Shown: positions 23,150 through 35,774, numbered from the stretch's first letter. The stretch: DNA of 47,375 nt from Thermodesulfobacteriota bacterium (GCA_041572575.1 JBFFSH010000012.1:1-47375); one strand, 5' to 3'. Notes: generated by a model not told the origin, from the letters alone. Program-made: numbers and translations.

Positions 23150-23923
23150 ATGACCAAGTTACTTAGAAAAACTTCGATTATTAAATATTATTTAGCCGCC
23201 ATAGTATTAACTTTAATTGTTAACCCAACTGCCAACGCAAAGGAACTTGTAATTGGATTCACTTATGACATCCCGCCTTACATTATAAAAGATGCAACAT
23301 CCGGCATGGAGATCGATATAGTGCGTGACGCTCTAAAGCACAAGGGGCACACATTTAAACCCAAACAGTATTCTTATGCTGAACTTGCAAGCGTAATCCA
23401 AAAGGACGGTCTCGATGCGGCGGCAGCGGTGCAAAAATCTGATGACGGCACTTTTTATTCAGATAACTTCATATGGTTTAAAAACTATGCATTCACCAGG
23501 AAGGGTACAGACATTACTATAAACAGTATTTATGATCTTAAGGGCAAGAGTATAGTCGCCTGGCAGAATGCTTATAAAGACCTGGGGCCTGAGTTTGAGG
23601 CGCTGTTTTCACCGGAAGTGAAAGAGCCATATATGGCAAAATACAAAGAGATACCGGTTCAGCAAAATCAGGTAGAGATGTTCTGGAAGGGTGAGGCAGA
23701 CGTGATTGTAATCGATGAGTCAATACTACTGTGGTTTACAAAACACAGCACCACTAAAAACGCAAAAGTAAGCAACCTTGTGTATCACGATATATTTGGT
23801 GACAAGACCAAATTCAGAGTGAGCTTTAAAGACAGCAAGATGCGCGATGATTTTAATGCAGGCCTGAAGCACATCCGCGAAAAAGGCATTTATCAGAAGA
23901 TAATGGATAAGTATTTGAAGTAG
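23150..23923 (+). CDS. Orphan family-3 periplasmic solute-binding protein
   Basis: Signal peptide; DIPPY...SGMEIDIV; DFNAGLKHIREKGIYQKI. Confidence 0.82.
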   Translation: MTKLLRKTSIIKYYLAAIVLTLIVNPTANAKELVIGFTYDIPPYIIKDATSGMEIDIVRDALKHKGHTFKPKQYSYAELASVIQKDGLDAAAAVQKSDDGTFYSDNFIWFKNYAFTRKGTDITINSIYDLKGKSIVAWQNAYKDLGPEFEALFSPEVKEPYMAKYKEIPVQQNQVEMFWKGEADVIVIDESILLWFTKHSTTKNAKVSNLVYHDIFGDKTKFRVSFKDSKMRDDFNAGLKHIREKGIYQKIMDKYLK

Positions 23924-24019
23924 AATTATTAAGCCCCCCACATCCAGTACCCTCCTAAAAACACCCCACAAAAAAACAGTTTGACAGGTTTGCTATATGG
24001 TTTAACCTTATATGTATAT

Positions 24020-24035
24020 ACACAATATGTTGTAT
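24020..24035. promoter_or_regulatory. Candidate NrdR box downstream of a TTGACA promoter
   Basis: ACACAATATGTTGTAT versus consensus acaCwAtATaTwGtgt; TTGACA at 23981. Confidence 0.45.
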
Positions 24036-24211
24036 ATGGGCGGTAGTTATTAGTAATTATTCTACTGCCGGTGCACAACTTGGGTTTAGGGTCCCGTTTT
24101 AAAGTTTTTTCTGCCTAGTAGCAATTTCGCGTAATCATACAGGGGAGGTTTGCGCTTTATGGGTGATTTTTTCATACCAATCTGTCTTATCTAAGCGCGT
24201 AGAACATTAGT

Positions 24212-24871
24212 ATGGGTCATTTCTACGCTCCTGATGAAGTCTTTGATCTGCCGGTCTCCGGTTATGCAAAGCTCATTCTGCTTAATTTATGCCGCAGGGC
24301 AAATAAGGCCGGAAGCTCATTTCCATCTAAAAATAGGATTGCATCTGATTGTGGGATATCAAACAAGACAGTATACAACTGTATAAAAGAGCTGGAAGAA
24401 ATGAAGATAATTAGAAAGAATACTGTTATCGGCAAATCAAATACTTATGTTCTTTGTGATGGTTTTGTTAATGTCAAAAGTAATGGAAATGAGAACGAAC
24501 CCAGGTCACACATACATGGGTGTCAGGTAAGTCTTACCCGAGTACCCAGGTCACAGTTACCCACTAAGGACTACACAGAAAAGGAATACACATATAAGGA
24601 AGTAAGCAATATAAACAAACAGTTAAACAGATCGCCTAATGCAGATGAACTATCGGTTATGGAAATTGATCATTATATGGAGCAGTGGATAGGGATGGAC
24701 TGGGACTGTAGAAAAATGCTGGATTTTGAGGCAAGCCAGTTAGTCCCCCATGGAAGCGGCATCACGTTTTCAGGCAGGCAGGACCCGGTGTTAAATAAAT
24801 ACCGCGCGCTTGCACTTATGAGAAGAGAAAAGGCATGCACAAGGTTAGTACCGATTATATCAGCAGTTTAG
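24212..24871 (+). CDS. HTH_36-type winged-helix protein resembling a phage/plasmid replication initiator N-terminus
   Basis: AKLILLNLC.RA....SFPS..RIA.DCGIS..TV...IKELEE..II.K....KSNTY. Confidence 0.7.
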   Translation: MGHFYAPDEVFDLPVSGYAKLILLNLCRRANKAGSSFPSKNRIASDCGISNKTVYNCIKELEEMKIIRKNTVIGKSNTYVLCDGFVNVKSNGNENEPRSHIHGCQVSLTRVPRSQLPTKDYTEKEYTYKEVSNINKQLNRSPNADELSVMEIDHYMEQWIGMDWDCRKMLDFEASQLVPHGSGITFSGRQDPVLNKYRALALMRREKACTRLVPIISAV

Positions 24872-24889
24872 AAGAGATATAAAATTATA

Positions 24890-25426
24890 TCACTGCCTTG
24901 GAACTTTATTTTTAATAGGCCTTATAGACCGCAGATAAGCAAATATGGATTGCAGCTGCTCATCTGAGAGCTTGCCGTAATCCTGCCAGGGCATCGGTGG
25001 CTGCAGATTCCTGCCAAACCCCTTGTGCCTGCCCTTGCGCATGGTCTCAATAAACATTTCCTCAGTCCAGTTTCCAATGCCAGTCTCTTTATCAGGAGTA
25101 ATGTTTGCTGAAAGCGTAACTCCCCAGCCTCCTGCCCATACGGTGGAATCCAGCTTTGTAAGAAACTCAAGCCACTGATCAGAGTCTACAGGGAAATCAG
25201 GCAGCTTCGGTACGGGTTTACTTTCTGGATGTCCAGATAAATACCTGTCCAAATCTTCAACATCCTCGCCGTTTACCTCTTTTAGAGGAGTATGGCAGTA
25301 AGAGCAGTTGCCCTCCGAGACAAGCTGTTTTCCTTTGGAGACTACCGGATCGATAGATTCCTGATCCATAGGCTTTGTGCAGGCTGAAAAAAGCATGAGT
25401 ATTGTTATCAAGATTATTGGTTTCAT
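24890..25426 (-). CDS. Monoheme c-type cytochrome lipoprotein
   Basis: Lipobox FSAC; CSYCHTP; ANITPD.ETGIG.W; PPMPW. Confidence 0.88.
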   Translation of the reverse strand: MKPIILITILMLFSACTKPMDQESIDPVVSKGKQLVSEGNCSYCHTPLKEVNGEDVEDLDRYLSGHPESKPVPKLPDFPVDSDQWLEFLTKLDSTVWAGGWGVTLSANITPDKETGIGNWTEEMFIETMRKGRHKGFGRNLQPPMPWQDYGKLSDEQLQSIFAYLRSIRPIKNKVPRQ

Positions 25427-25618
25427 GTTTTTAAAGAATACATAATAAAATTAAGATACATATATTCTCTCTGATATATAAAATATCTCAAGATAATAAT
25501 CAGATGAAAAACACAAAAGTAATAAGGCGCTTTATCAAATTAAACAGGTCGTTATTACATCCCCTATTAAACCCTCCCATTCCAAACGGGATGTTTATGT
25601 GATAAATTTTATGGAGTA

Positions 25619-26080
25619 ATGAACGAAATTCTGGACAAACTGGAGCAGTTGGAGCTTAGGTATAGTGTAGCACGGTCTTATCTTCCTACCCTGATTTTTG
25701 ATGTGCTTATTTTAATTGCATTTATATTCATAGTCTTCATGATAGGCGCAGACCTGAAATATCTTTTTTTTGTAATATTACCCATTATCCATTTTTCTTA
25801 TATCTATTTCATGAAAGACAATGAGCACTATCTCAACAGAACGGTATTTATCAAGATAGACAAAAAAGGCATTTACGATTACAGAGAAGATAGAGACAAT
25901 CCCGACTTCATAGGCTGGGGGTCGGTACGCAGTATTTCCCATGATTTCCTGGTATATACAACCTTTGGAAGAACGGCCCAGATACCGATCAGCGGCTGGG
26001 ACATCCCTCCAAACGTAATACGCAAACGCACCCGCTATATAATCGACAGTAACGGCTACGATATTCACACGGACTGGTAA
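25619..26080 (+). CDS. Hypothetical membrane protein
   Basis: Two hydrophobic segments; GGAG RBS. Confidence 0.6.
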   Translation: MNEILDKLEQLELRYSVARSYLPTLIFDVLILIAFIFIVFMIGADLKYLFFVILPIIHFSYIYFMKDNEHYLNRTVFIKIDKKGIYDYREDRDNPDFIGWGSVRSISHDFLVYTTFGRTAQIPISGWDIPPNVIRKRTRYIIDSNGYDIHTDW

Positions 26081-26226
26081 GACTTTAATTATATTCTATT
26101 ATGAAATAACAGGCTTAACAGAGTTTGCTGAATTATTATTCATCCTGCCATGATTTTTTAAGACATATTTTCCCAAACAGTACTCCAATCTTATACATTT
26201 AATATTTATCCGGTAATATTTTTTTA

Positions 26227-27603
26227 ATGGATAACAACTCAGAATCCAAAGCTCATGTTCACCCCGGAAGGCTACCCGCATTTTGGGACCGTTCTGTTAT
26301 TTTCTTTGCCAATCTTAAATCAATGTTTTTTGGAAACATAGAGCAGCTGGGAAAGCTTGAGAGTGAAGTGTCTGGGGTGAATACGTATGGAGGAAGACTC
26401 ATTACTGTAATCAACACACTGTATCAAAGCGGGCCAAACCTTCTGGTATTGGAAAAAGAGCCTAATAAGTCAATACTGAGCTACCTGGGAAAAACCTTGA
26501 AATTAAGCCTGCCCGATATATTGATTGTGGAAGCCGATGTATTTTCTGCCATCAATAAAGGCACCGGTGATAAAGAGTTCAGGTATAAGATTGACAGAGC
26601 AAAAGAAAGGATATCTTCTCATCCGGCAGGCTGGATTGACGGCTACGTGACAGACGACATGTTAGTACACTGGGCCCGTAAGCTTAATAAATCCAATATC
26701 AACACCGCTGAGGGATGTCACATAGCAAACAACAAGCTTCTTCTTCATTACTACCTCCTGGAAAAAGGCCTGCCCGTTATCGATACAGAAGTTGCGCAGT
26801 CGCAGGATAAAGCACAGGACTGTCTGGATAAGCTCTCAAAAAAAGGCTATACGAGAGCAGTTGCAAAATCCCAGATCGGCGCATCGGGCATAGGCATGAT
26901 CGCCCTAAATACATCGGGAAGCAATAAACCAATGCCAGATTACATGTTCTATGAGGGACCGTGTATTATTCAGGGCTGGATGAAACCCGGAGAGGGCGGT
27001 ATCGAGAAGATATATTCTCCAAGCGTGCAGCTGTTTGTGGATGATAATTCCGTGCATCTATATGACATAACAGAACAGATACTAAGTAAACACAGCGTTC
27101 ATGAGGGCAATATCGCATATCCCCCTTATCTGGAAGACTACCCCGGGCTTAAAAAAGAGCTTCTCGACCAGGCCATAGTTGCTGCAAGGTGGCTGCACTC
27201 CCAGGCTTACCGCGGCACTGCCAGCGTGGATTATCTGGTGACAATAAGAAATGGTGAACTTGAAGTGCGAATTTGTGAAATAAACGCCCGGGTCACCGGA
27301 GCCACATACCCGTCCGTGCTTGCAAGACACTTCATCCCTCATGGGGCATGGATCATGAGAAACCTAAAGACAGAACAGCCCATAGAGGGACAAAAGCTGC
27401 TTGAGCTTCTGGACATTAAAGGCGCGCTTTTTTATCCAGGAAAGACCGAGGGATTTATACCTATTAACTTTAACCTCAACAACGATGGAAGAGTAATAAA
27501 AGGCCAGTTCTTGTACATTGCAGAAAATGTGGGTATTTGTTCTCAAGCACTTAAAAATTTCAGCGATGCGCTTCCAATAGGATGGGAATATGACAGAGAC
27601 TAA
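26227..27603 (+). CDS. ATP-grasp-fold protein (putative peptide/amide ligase)
   Basis: ANNK, AKSQIGASGIG, SPSVQ, YRGTASVDY, CEINARVTGATY. Confidence 0.75.
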   Translation: MDNNSESKAHVHPGRLPAFWDRSVIFFANLKSMFFGNIEQLGKLESEVSGVNTYGGRLITVINTLYQSGPNLLVLEKEPNKSILSYLGKTLKLSLPDILIVEADVFSAINKGTGDKEFRYKIDRAKERISSHPAGWIDGYVTDDMLVHWARKLNKSNINTAEGCHIANNKLLLHYYLLEKGLPVIDTEVAQSQDKAQDCLDKLSKKGYTRAVAKSQIGASGIGMIALNTSGSNKPMPDYMFYEGPCIIQGWMKPGEGGIEKIYSPSVQLFVDDNSVHLYDITEQILSKHSVHEGNIAYPPYLEDYPGLKKELLDQAIVAARWLHSQAYRGTASVDYLVTIRNGELEVRICEINARVTGATYPSVLARHFIPHGAWIMRNLKTEQPIEGQKLLELLDIKGALFYPGKTEGFIPINFNLNNDGRVIKGQFLYIAENVGICSQALKNFSDALPIGWEYDRD

Positions 27604-28714
27604 GAATGAAACCACAGACAGCATACGCGAGCATCTTGTGGGCCTTACAAAAGACCTTGTCCTAATTCCGGGCACAGCCGAAAGACCGGATGATATTGAG
27701 CGATGCGTCTCATTTATAAAAGACTATCTTAAGAATCTGGACAGGGTACGAATAAACGAACACGTTCAAAATGAAGTACCGTCTATCGTGGCGCTTCCAA
27801 AAGATATCACAGAGCCGGATATACTTCTCGTCTCACACCTGGATGTAATTAGCCACGCAGATGTAGGCGTTTATAGACCCAGGATAAATAATGGAAGAAT
27901 ATACGGCCCGGGAAGCGGCGACATGAAAGGGGCCATGTCTATTATGCTGGAGCTCTTCCACCACTTCCACAGCACCTACCCCGGCATATCACTCGGGCTT
28001 GCCATTACATCCGATGAGGAGCAGGGAGGAGTGAGCGGAATTGGTCACCTGTTTAATGATGTGGGCTTAAGGTGCGGGCTTGCCATAAACCCCGACGGAG
28101 GAAGCCTCAATGAAATTACGATTGCCGAAAAGGGAGTGGTACAGCTTAATGTTATTTGCACGGGTCATTCAAGCCACGCAGCCAGGCCCTGGCTCGGCAC
28201 AAATGCGCTTGAGGTTTTAATAGAAAGACTAACGGCGCTAAAACAGTATTTCTCCCAAATGAAAATAAGCGGCGACAACTGGTATCCGACTTGTGCACTC
28301 ACACTCATAAGCACCCCAAATCACACTATTAACCGCGTTCCCGAAAAGGCCGAGGCGAGCCTTGATATTCGTTTCCCGCCGCCCTATACAGTGGATAAGA
28401 TAGTCGCCGAGTGTTCGAGGATATTGGGCAGTGACGTCGAAGCGCATGTTACACTTTCTGCTGAACCTGTGGAATTTGAATCAAATCCCCTGTTTGCTAA
28501 AATCATAGAAGAGGTTACGAATAATCCTGCAAGCCTGATCAGGGAAGACGGTGCCAGCGACTGCAGGTTTATCCACCGTTACGAAATCCCCGTAATAATA
28601 TCAAGACCCCTTGTTGGTGAGCTTCATACAAAGGACGAGTGGATAGACATTGAATCCATGGTTGTGTTTTATCAGATATGCAAAGGGTTTATCGAGCGCC
28701 ATCTGAATTTATAA
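27590..28714 (+). CDS. M20-family metallopeptidase/amidohydrolase (ArgE/DapE-like)
   Basis: SHLDV, GPGSGDMKG, DEEQGG, HAARPWLG.NA, GASD, LHTKDEW. Confidence 0.9.
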   Translation: MTETKNETTDSIREHLVGLTKDLVLIPGTAERPDDIERCVSFIKDYLKNLDRVRINEHVQNEVPSIVALPKDITEPDILLVSHLDVISHADVGVYRPRINNGRIYGPGSGDMKGAMSIMLELFHHFHSTYPGISLGLAITSDEEQGGVSGIGHLFNDVGLRCGLAINPDGGSLNEITIAEKGVVQLNVICTGHSSHAARPWLGTNALEVLIERLTALKQYFSQMKISGDNWYPTCALTLISTPNHTINRVPEKAEASLDIRFPPPYTVDKIVAECSRILGSDVEAHVTLSAEPVEFESNPLFAKIIEEVTNNPASLIREDGASDCRFIHRYEIPVIISRPLVGELHTKDEWIDIESMVVFYQICKGFIERHLNL

Positions 28715-28816
28715 GTTATAAGACTGATTGTATTGTTCAAGCTGAGTTATTTATGTATTTTATAAAGAAATATTCATATTAGCATTGCTTCTCTATAAAA
28801 ATCAGGAGGTCCAACT

Positions 28817-29239
28817 ATGATAAAAAATGACAACATTAAGAAGATTCTTACAACAGATGTGATTTCAGTTCACGTAAGTCAAAAACTAAGTGATGTTAAC
28901 AAGATTTTTAGAGAAAACATGATACACCATGTACCGGTGTTAAAGGGGAAAAAACCTATAGGCATTATATCTACCAACGATATTTTTAAGCTCATGTTTA
29001 ATATAGAGATGCAGGATGATAGAATGCTCGATGCAATTCTGGATCACCATTTCACAATTAAAAATGCAATGTCAAAGGATTTAGTAACTCTTCCCATCAC
29101 ATCAACGATAAAGGACGTTGCCAAGATTTTGCAGTTCAGCACAATTCATTCGATTATAATCACCAATGAGGCTGGCGAACTCGAAGGTATTGTTACAAGT
29201 ACAGATCTCATAAAACATTTACATGACAATATAAAGTGA
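28817..29239 (+). CDS. Stand-alone CBS-pair protein
   Basis: IHHVPVL..IGIISTND; LEGIVTSTDLI. Confidence 0.88.
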   Translation: MIKNDNIKKILTTDVISVHVSQKLSDVNKIFRENMIHHVPVLKGKKPIGIISTNDIFKLMFNIEMQDDRMLDAILDHHFTIKNAMSKDLVTLPITSTIKDVAKILQFSTIHSIIITNEAGELEGIVTSTDLIKHLHDNIK

Positions 29240-29287
29240 TTGCTACTTGTAAACCAGGATTAATACGGACTGGCTTTTGAAGCTCAG

Positions 29288-29755
29288 TTATTTTGTTTTC
29301 CACGAGTCAATAAACACCTGCGGATTTTCAGGTGAGATAATTACGATTTGGCTCTCTGTTTCCACTAAAACAAATTCTTTTTGCTTTGTGTTTGTAACAT
29401 ACATCCTGAATACTCCAAAACGACTATTCCAGAATATCCCCATGCCTGCAAACACCCCGCCGTTTCCCCACAACCTTACTGTGAACGGCACTTTATCTTC
29501 TATAAAGCGGCAGGCTGTAACATTGCTAAATTCTATTTCCCCGAAATTTCTATAAACAATGAGTTTGCTGTCCGATATTTCATACGCAGTGGGTGCATAA
29601 AGGTAGCAAATTATTAATATCACAATAGTTATCACAGCAGCAATGATCAATATATTTATATATATAGATGCAATGAAAAAACCTGCCATCATAATTACCA
29701 CTATGGCGGTTACGATCTTGATAGATAAATCCCTTTTAGCAGCATTATGCTTCAT
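29288..29755 (-). CDS. Membrane-anchored bacterial PH-domain protein
   Basis: Two TM helices; RLWGNGGVFA..G.F; IVIISPENP. Confidence 0.75.
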   Translation of the reverse strand: MKHNAAKRDLSIKIVTAIVVIMMAGFFIASIYINILIIAAVITIVILIICYLYAPTAYEISDSKLIVYRNFGEIEFSNVTACRFIEDKVPFTVRLWGNGGVFAGMGIFWNSRFGVFRMYVTNTKQKEFVLVETESQIVIISPENPQVFIDSWKTK

Positions 29756-29870
29756 ATAGTTATTTTACCTTATATAGGGTTGGTAAAAGAATATTCAAGA
29801 ATATTTTGAACCTGTTTATTAGTTGCTATAATCAGATATACGAGAGATTTTAAATGGCGGTGAAATAAAG

Positions 29871-30986
29871 ATGAAGATATTAATAGCTTTGTTACTGGCG
29901 CTTATGACAATGCTTGTAGTGTTAAAAGATATGACTGAAATTTATTCTGTAAATGCAGAAGTTGCCGAGTACAAATATAGTGATGACTTTAAGCCGAATC
30001 TGAATAATCCCGCAGAGCTTGGGTATATAAACTGGCATAGAAACTTTAATAAAGCTGTCGAGTTAGCCAGGACCGAGGACAAACCAATCCTTTTATTTTT
30101 CAATGAAGTACCCGGATGCAATACGGCATCGGGTTACGGCATAAATGTAATGAGACACCCTCTAATTACAGAAGCAGCAGAGGCCCTGTTCGTTCCCGTT
30201 GCGATATATAATAATGTTGGGGGTCATGACAGAGAGGTGCTTAATTCCTTTGGCGAACCCACATGGAACAACCCTGTAGTAAGATTTATAGATTCGGACA
30301 AAAAACAGCTCACTCCAAGGCTTGTCGGTGACTACACAAAACTTGGGCTTGTGCGCTCTATGATAAAAGCCCTCAAATCAGATAACAAGCAAGTGCCCGA
30401 GTATTTAACAATCCTTGAAAAGGAACTCTCTGGCAAAAGGTCTGGACTGGAAAAGGCAGTATTTTCTATGTACTGCTTTTGGAGTGGAGAAGGCAAACTT
30501 GGCAGTATTGACGGAGTGGTATCTACAAAGGCAGGCTTTATGGGCGGCAGAGAAGTAGTGATGACCAAGTATAATCCGCAGGTTATTTCATATGAAAAGT
30601 TACTAAAGAAGGCAAGAAGTGAGGGTGCAGCAGACAATGTATTTGCAGTAAATGAAAACCAAAAGCAGATCGCTAAAAAGTTAATTGGACAAGGCAGAGT
30701 GTCAACTGAGCAAACATTCAGGCTTGACCGCGAGCCAAAGTATTATATGTCCAAATCACATTATAAATAGGTGCCTATGACCCCTCTTCAGGCCTCACTT
30801 GTAAATTCTGCAATCGGAAACAAAAAATCTCCAAATAAATACCTGTCACAAAGACAGCTTGGTATATTAAAAAGAGTCAAAGATAATCCGGAAGCTGGAT
30901 GGAAGGATCATACTGCCAGTGATGATTTTATAGCAGAATGGAACCATACTGTTGGTAAACTGGATGCCGTAGTTAGCAAAAAATAG
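29871..30986 (+). pseudogene. VPG(U/C)-type thioredoxin-like protein fused to an MsrA-like domain, split by an in-frame TAG at 30768-30770
   Basis: FNEVPGCNT, WNNPVVRF, MYCFWSGE..LG..DGVVST.AGF.GG; the downstream ORF continues in the same frame directly after the TAG. Confidence 0.7.
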
Positions 30987-31009
30987 AGTTTTAGCAGACT
31001 AAATTAGCA

Positions 31010-32419
31010 TTAAACGACAGACCTTGTCTGAATAGAAGATATACCCGATTCTGCAATTATGTCTGATATCACGACCACAAGATCACCTGCTAAAAAACCC
31101 TCCCTTTTCTTTAATACCCCAAGGGCTGTCTGAATAGTCTTTTCAGGATCGGAGCTAAAAGAGATGCGGTGCGCCATAACGCTTCGGTTTAAAAAGAGCT
31201 GCCTTCTCGTGCGGTTGTCATTTGTAAATGCATATATATGTGTCTTAAAGGGTCTGCAATTGGTAACAAAATTAGCAGTAATACCGCGGCGCGTTATTAC
31301 AACGATACCCTTTGCGTCGATGGCTTCAGCATGGCCCACGGCAGTTGCAGCAAGGTGCTGTCTGTTGTCGGTCTTTATAAGATTGCTGCTAAAATTAAGC
31401 CCAGGCAGTTTTTCCGATGCCCTTGCGATTTTGTCCAAATGCTCTATACATCTTATAGGATACTTTCCTACCGTAGTCTCGCCGGAGAGCATCACGGCAT
31501 CCACTTCTTCATAGATTGCGTTTGCAACATCAGTAACCTCTGCCCGGGTAGGCACGGGGTTTTCAATCATCGATTCGAGCAGGTGAGTAGCAACGATAAC
31601 GCGCTTTCCTTTTTCATGGCATTTCCTTACTATAGTGCGTTGTACGTTTGGCAGTTCTTCAATATTTATCTCTATTCCCAGATCTCCCCTTGCAACCATA
31701 ATCGCATCTGATACATCGAGGATTTCCTCTATGTTGCTTACTCCCTGCCTGTCTTCAATTTTTGCAATGATCTTAATTTTATTGGCCTTCTTATCGAGAA
31801 GCTCCTTTAGCTGGAGCACATCGTTTGCTTCTCTTACAAAAGAAAGTGCAATAAAATCAACCTCCTGCTCGATACCAAACATTATATCGGCCTTGTCTTT
31901 TTCTGTGATTGACGGAAGGTTAACCCTTATACCCGGAAGGTTAACATGCCGTTTGCTTGTAAGCCTTCCGCCGTCTATCACCTTACAGTGCAGTGCCCCC
32001 TCGTCTTTGCGCAGAATCTGAAGATTGATAAGCCCGTTGTCCACAGTGATCATATCACCTTCTTCCACTGTGTTTGTAAGGTCTTCATAGTTTATATGAA
32101 ATGAAGACTGCTCTACATTTTCCGGCCTTACGGATATGGAAATTTCATCCCCGTCTTGCAGATGCAGGTCGTTTTGCAGATTGCCCGTGCGTATCTCAGG
32201 GCCCTGAGTGTCCAGCAGAACCGGAATAGAATCTTTAATTTTCTGATTAATGCTTTTTATCGATCTAATAACCTTTTCATGACTCTCGTGAGTGCCGTGA
32301 GACATATTAAGACGCACCACGTTCATCCCCGCATGATACATCTTTTCAAGCATTTCAAAGCTGCTCGTTGCAGGCCCTATGGTACAGATGATCTTTGTCT
32401 TTCTGAGTGAATTGTTCAT
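31010..32419 (-). CDS. pyk: Pyruvate kinase
   Basis: KTKIICTIGPAT, RLNMSHG, DTQGPEIR, IAKIE, MVARGDLG, PTRAEVTDVANA, MLSGET. Confidence 0.97.
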   Translation of the reverse strand: MNNSLRKTKIICTIGPATSSFEMLEKMYHAGMNVVRLNMSHGTHESHEKVIRSIKSINQKIKDSIPVLLDTQGPEIRTGNLQNDLHLQDGDEISISVRPENVEQSSFHINYEDLTNTVEEGDMITVDNGLINLQILRKDEGALHCKVIDGGRLTSKRHVNLPGIRVNLPSITEKDKADIMFGIEQEVDFIALSFVREANDVLQLKELLDKKANKIKIIAKIEDRQGVSNIEEILDVSDAIMVARGDLGIEINIEELPNVQRTIVRKCHEKGKRVIVATHLLESMIENPVPTRAEVTDVANAIYEEVDAVMLSGETTVGKYPIRCIEHLDKIARASEKLPGLNFSSNLIKTDNRQHLAATAVGHAEAIDAKGIVVITRRGITANFVTNCRPFKTHIYAFTNDNRTRRQLFLNRSVMAHRISFSSDPEKTIQTALGVLKKREGFLAGDLVVVISDIIAESGISSIQTRSVV

Positions 32420-32468
32420 TGTTTTTTGAATTAAATTATTCCCTGTATTTAATTAATGTAAAATTATC

Positions 32469-33374
32469 TTAATATTTTGGGTTTTTATGAATTAAGTCTT
32501 TGTAAACTTCGACTATGATCTTTTCAAATTCTATGATTAGCTCCTTCCTTGTTCTTTTTTTGTAAAATGCGCTTACTACAGCCCTGGATGGGTTTTCGGA
32601 AAGTTTCTTATAAACATAACTTTTGGATTTATTTGTAAGCGCTGTCATAAGAGGAATTATTGCTATTCCCGTGCCTGTTGCTACGCAGTTGAGTATTGTA
32701 CTTATATTCCATGTTTTGCAAACTGTATCGGGCGTCATCTGTTGTTGATAGCAAATACCTTTTATCTGTTCACCCAGGCAGTGCTGCTCATCAAGCTCAA
32801 TGAAGGAAACGTTTTTAAGATCATTGATTGACACTTTTTTTTGCTTTGAAAGCTTAAAACTCTTTGGCACAGAGAGCAAAAGTGGGTCAATAAAAAGCTC
32901 ATTGTACCCTACCAAAGCGTTTTCTATGGGAAGACTCATAACAGCAATATCAATTTCAAATGCAATAAGTTTTTCTACAAGATTTTCGGTCAGATTTTCG
33001 TAAACCTTTATATCGGCATTTGGAAACTTTTTCTTAAACTTTTTTAATGACTCAGGCAGCAGATACGGTGCAATAGTTGTGATGAAACCAACAGATATAC
33101 ATCCTGTATCAATGCTCCTCTCATCAGCTATATCTGCTTTTACCTTCAAAGCTTCCTGCATGATTCGTTTTGCCCGCGGAAGAAGAGCTGTGCCTGCCTC
33201 GGTGAGCACGACTTTATTTCCAAGCCTGTCAAATAGTTTTGACTTAAGCTCCCTTTCGAGCTTTATTATCTGCTGGCTTAGAGAAGGCTGGGCTATATGG
33301 CACCTTCTTGCAGCTTTACTAAAACTGCCCGTTTCGACAATAGAGATAAAATATCTTAGTTGATGAAGCTCCAT
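32469..33374 (-). CDS. oxyR: LysR-type hydrogen peroxide sensor OxyR
   Basis: LysR HTH; HCLGEQIKGIC has the C-x8-C spacing of OxyR C199/C208; divergent from katG. Confidence 0.8.
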   Translation of the reverse strand: MELHQLRYFISIVETGSFSKAARRCHIAQPSLSQQIIKLERELKSKLFDRLGNKVVLTEAGTALLPRAKRIMQEALKVKADIADERSIDTGCISVGFITTIAPYLLPESLKKFKKKFPNADIKVYENLTENLVEKLIAFEIDIAVMSLPIENALVGYNELFIDPLLLSVPKSFKLSKQKKVSINDLKNVSFIELDEQHCLGEQIKGICYQQQMTPDTVCKTWNISTILNCVATGTGIAIIPLMTALTNKSKSYVYKKLSENPSRAVVSAFYKKRTRKELIIEFEKIIVEVYKDLIHKNPKY

Positions 33375-33388
33375 AGCTAAATATTACT

Positions 33389-33436
33389 ATAGGTATTACC
33401 TATTTCAAATATTATATATTTATATTTGTTATCTAT
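33389..33436. promoter_or_regulatory. OxyR-type binding site
   Basis: ATAG-gtattac-CTAT (33389-33403) and ATAT-ttgttat-CTAT (33422-33436). Confidence 0.65.
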
Positions 33437-33487
33437 AGCTTCAAACGCAATAATATAGTATCAATACAATTTGAGGAGAAAATTTAA

Positions 33488-35701
<2,214 letters not shown>

Positions 35702-35744
35702 TATCTGATATTTGGTATTTAAATGCTGATTGAACAAAAAAAGT

Positions 35745-35767
35745 GGGGGATGCAAAAAGCATCCCCC
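35745..35767. terminator. Bidirectional terminator between convergent genes
   Basis: Hairpin gggggatgc-aaaaa-gcatccccc. Confidence 0.8.
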
Positions 35768-35774
35768 TTAACTA

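Noticed and set aside
24039..24200. Riboswitch or ncRNA in the HTH gene leader
   Set aside because: Hairpins are present but I recognise no known family consensus; an Rfam/Infernal search is needed.
23150..26080. Prophage or integrated plasmid around the HTH gene
   Set aside because: No integrase, structural genes or att-like direct repeats seen.
30768..30770. Selenocysteine or pyrrolysine recoding
   Set aside because: The codon is TAG, not TGA, lies outside the redox motif, and no pyl genes are in the window; a point mutation or error is simpler.
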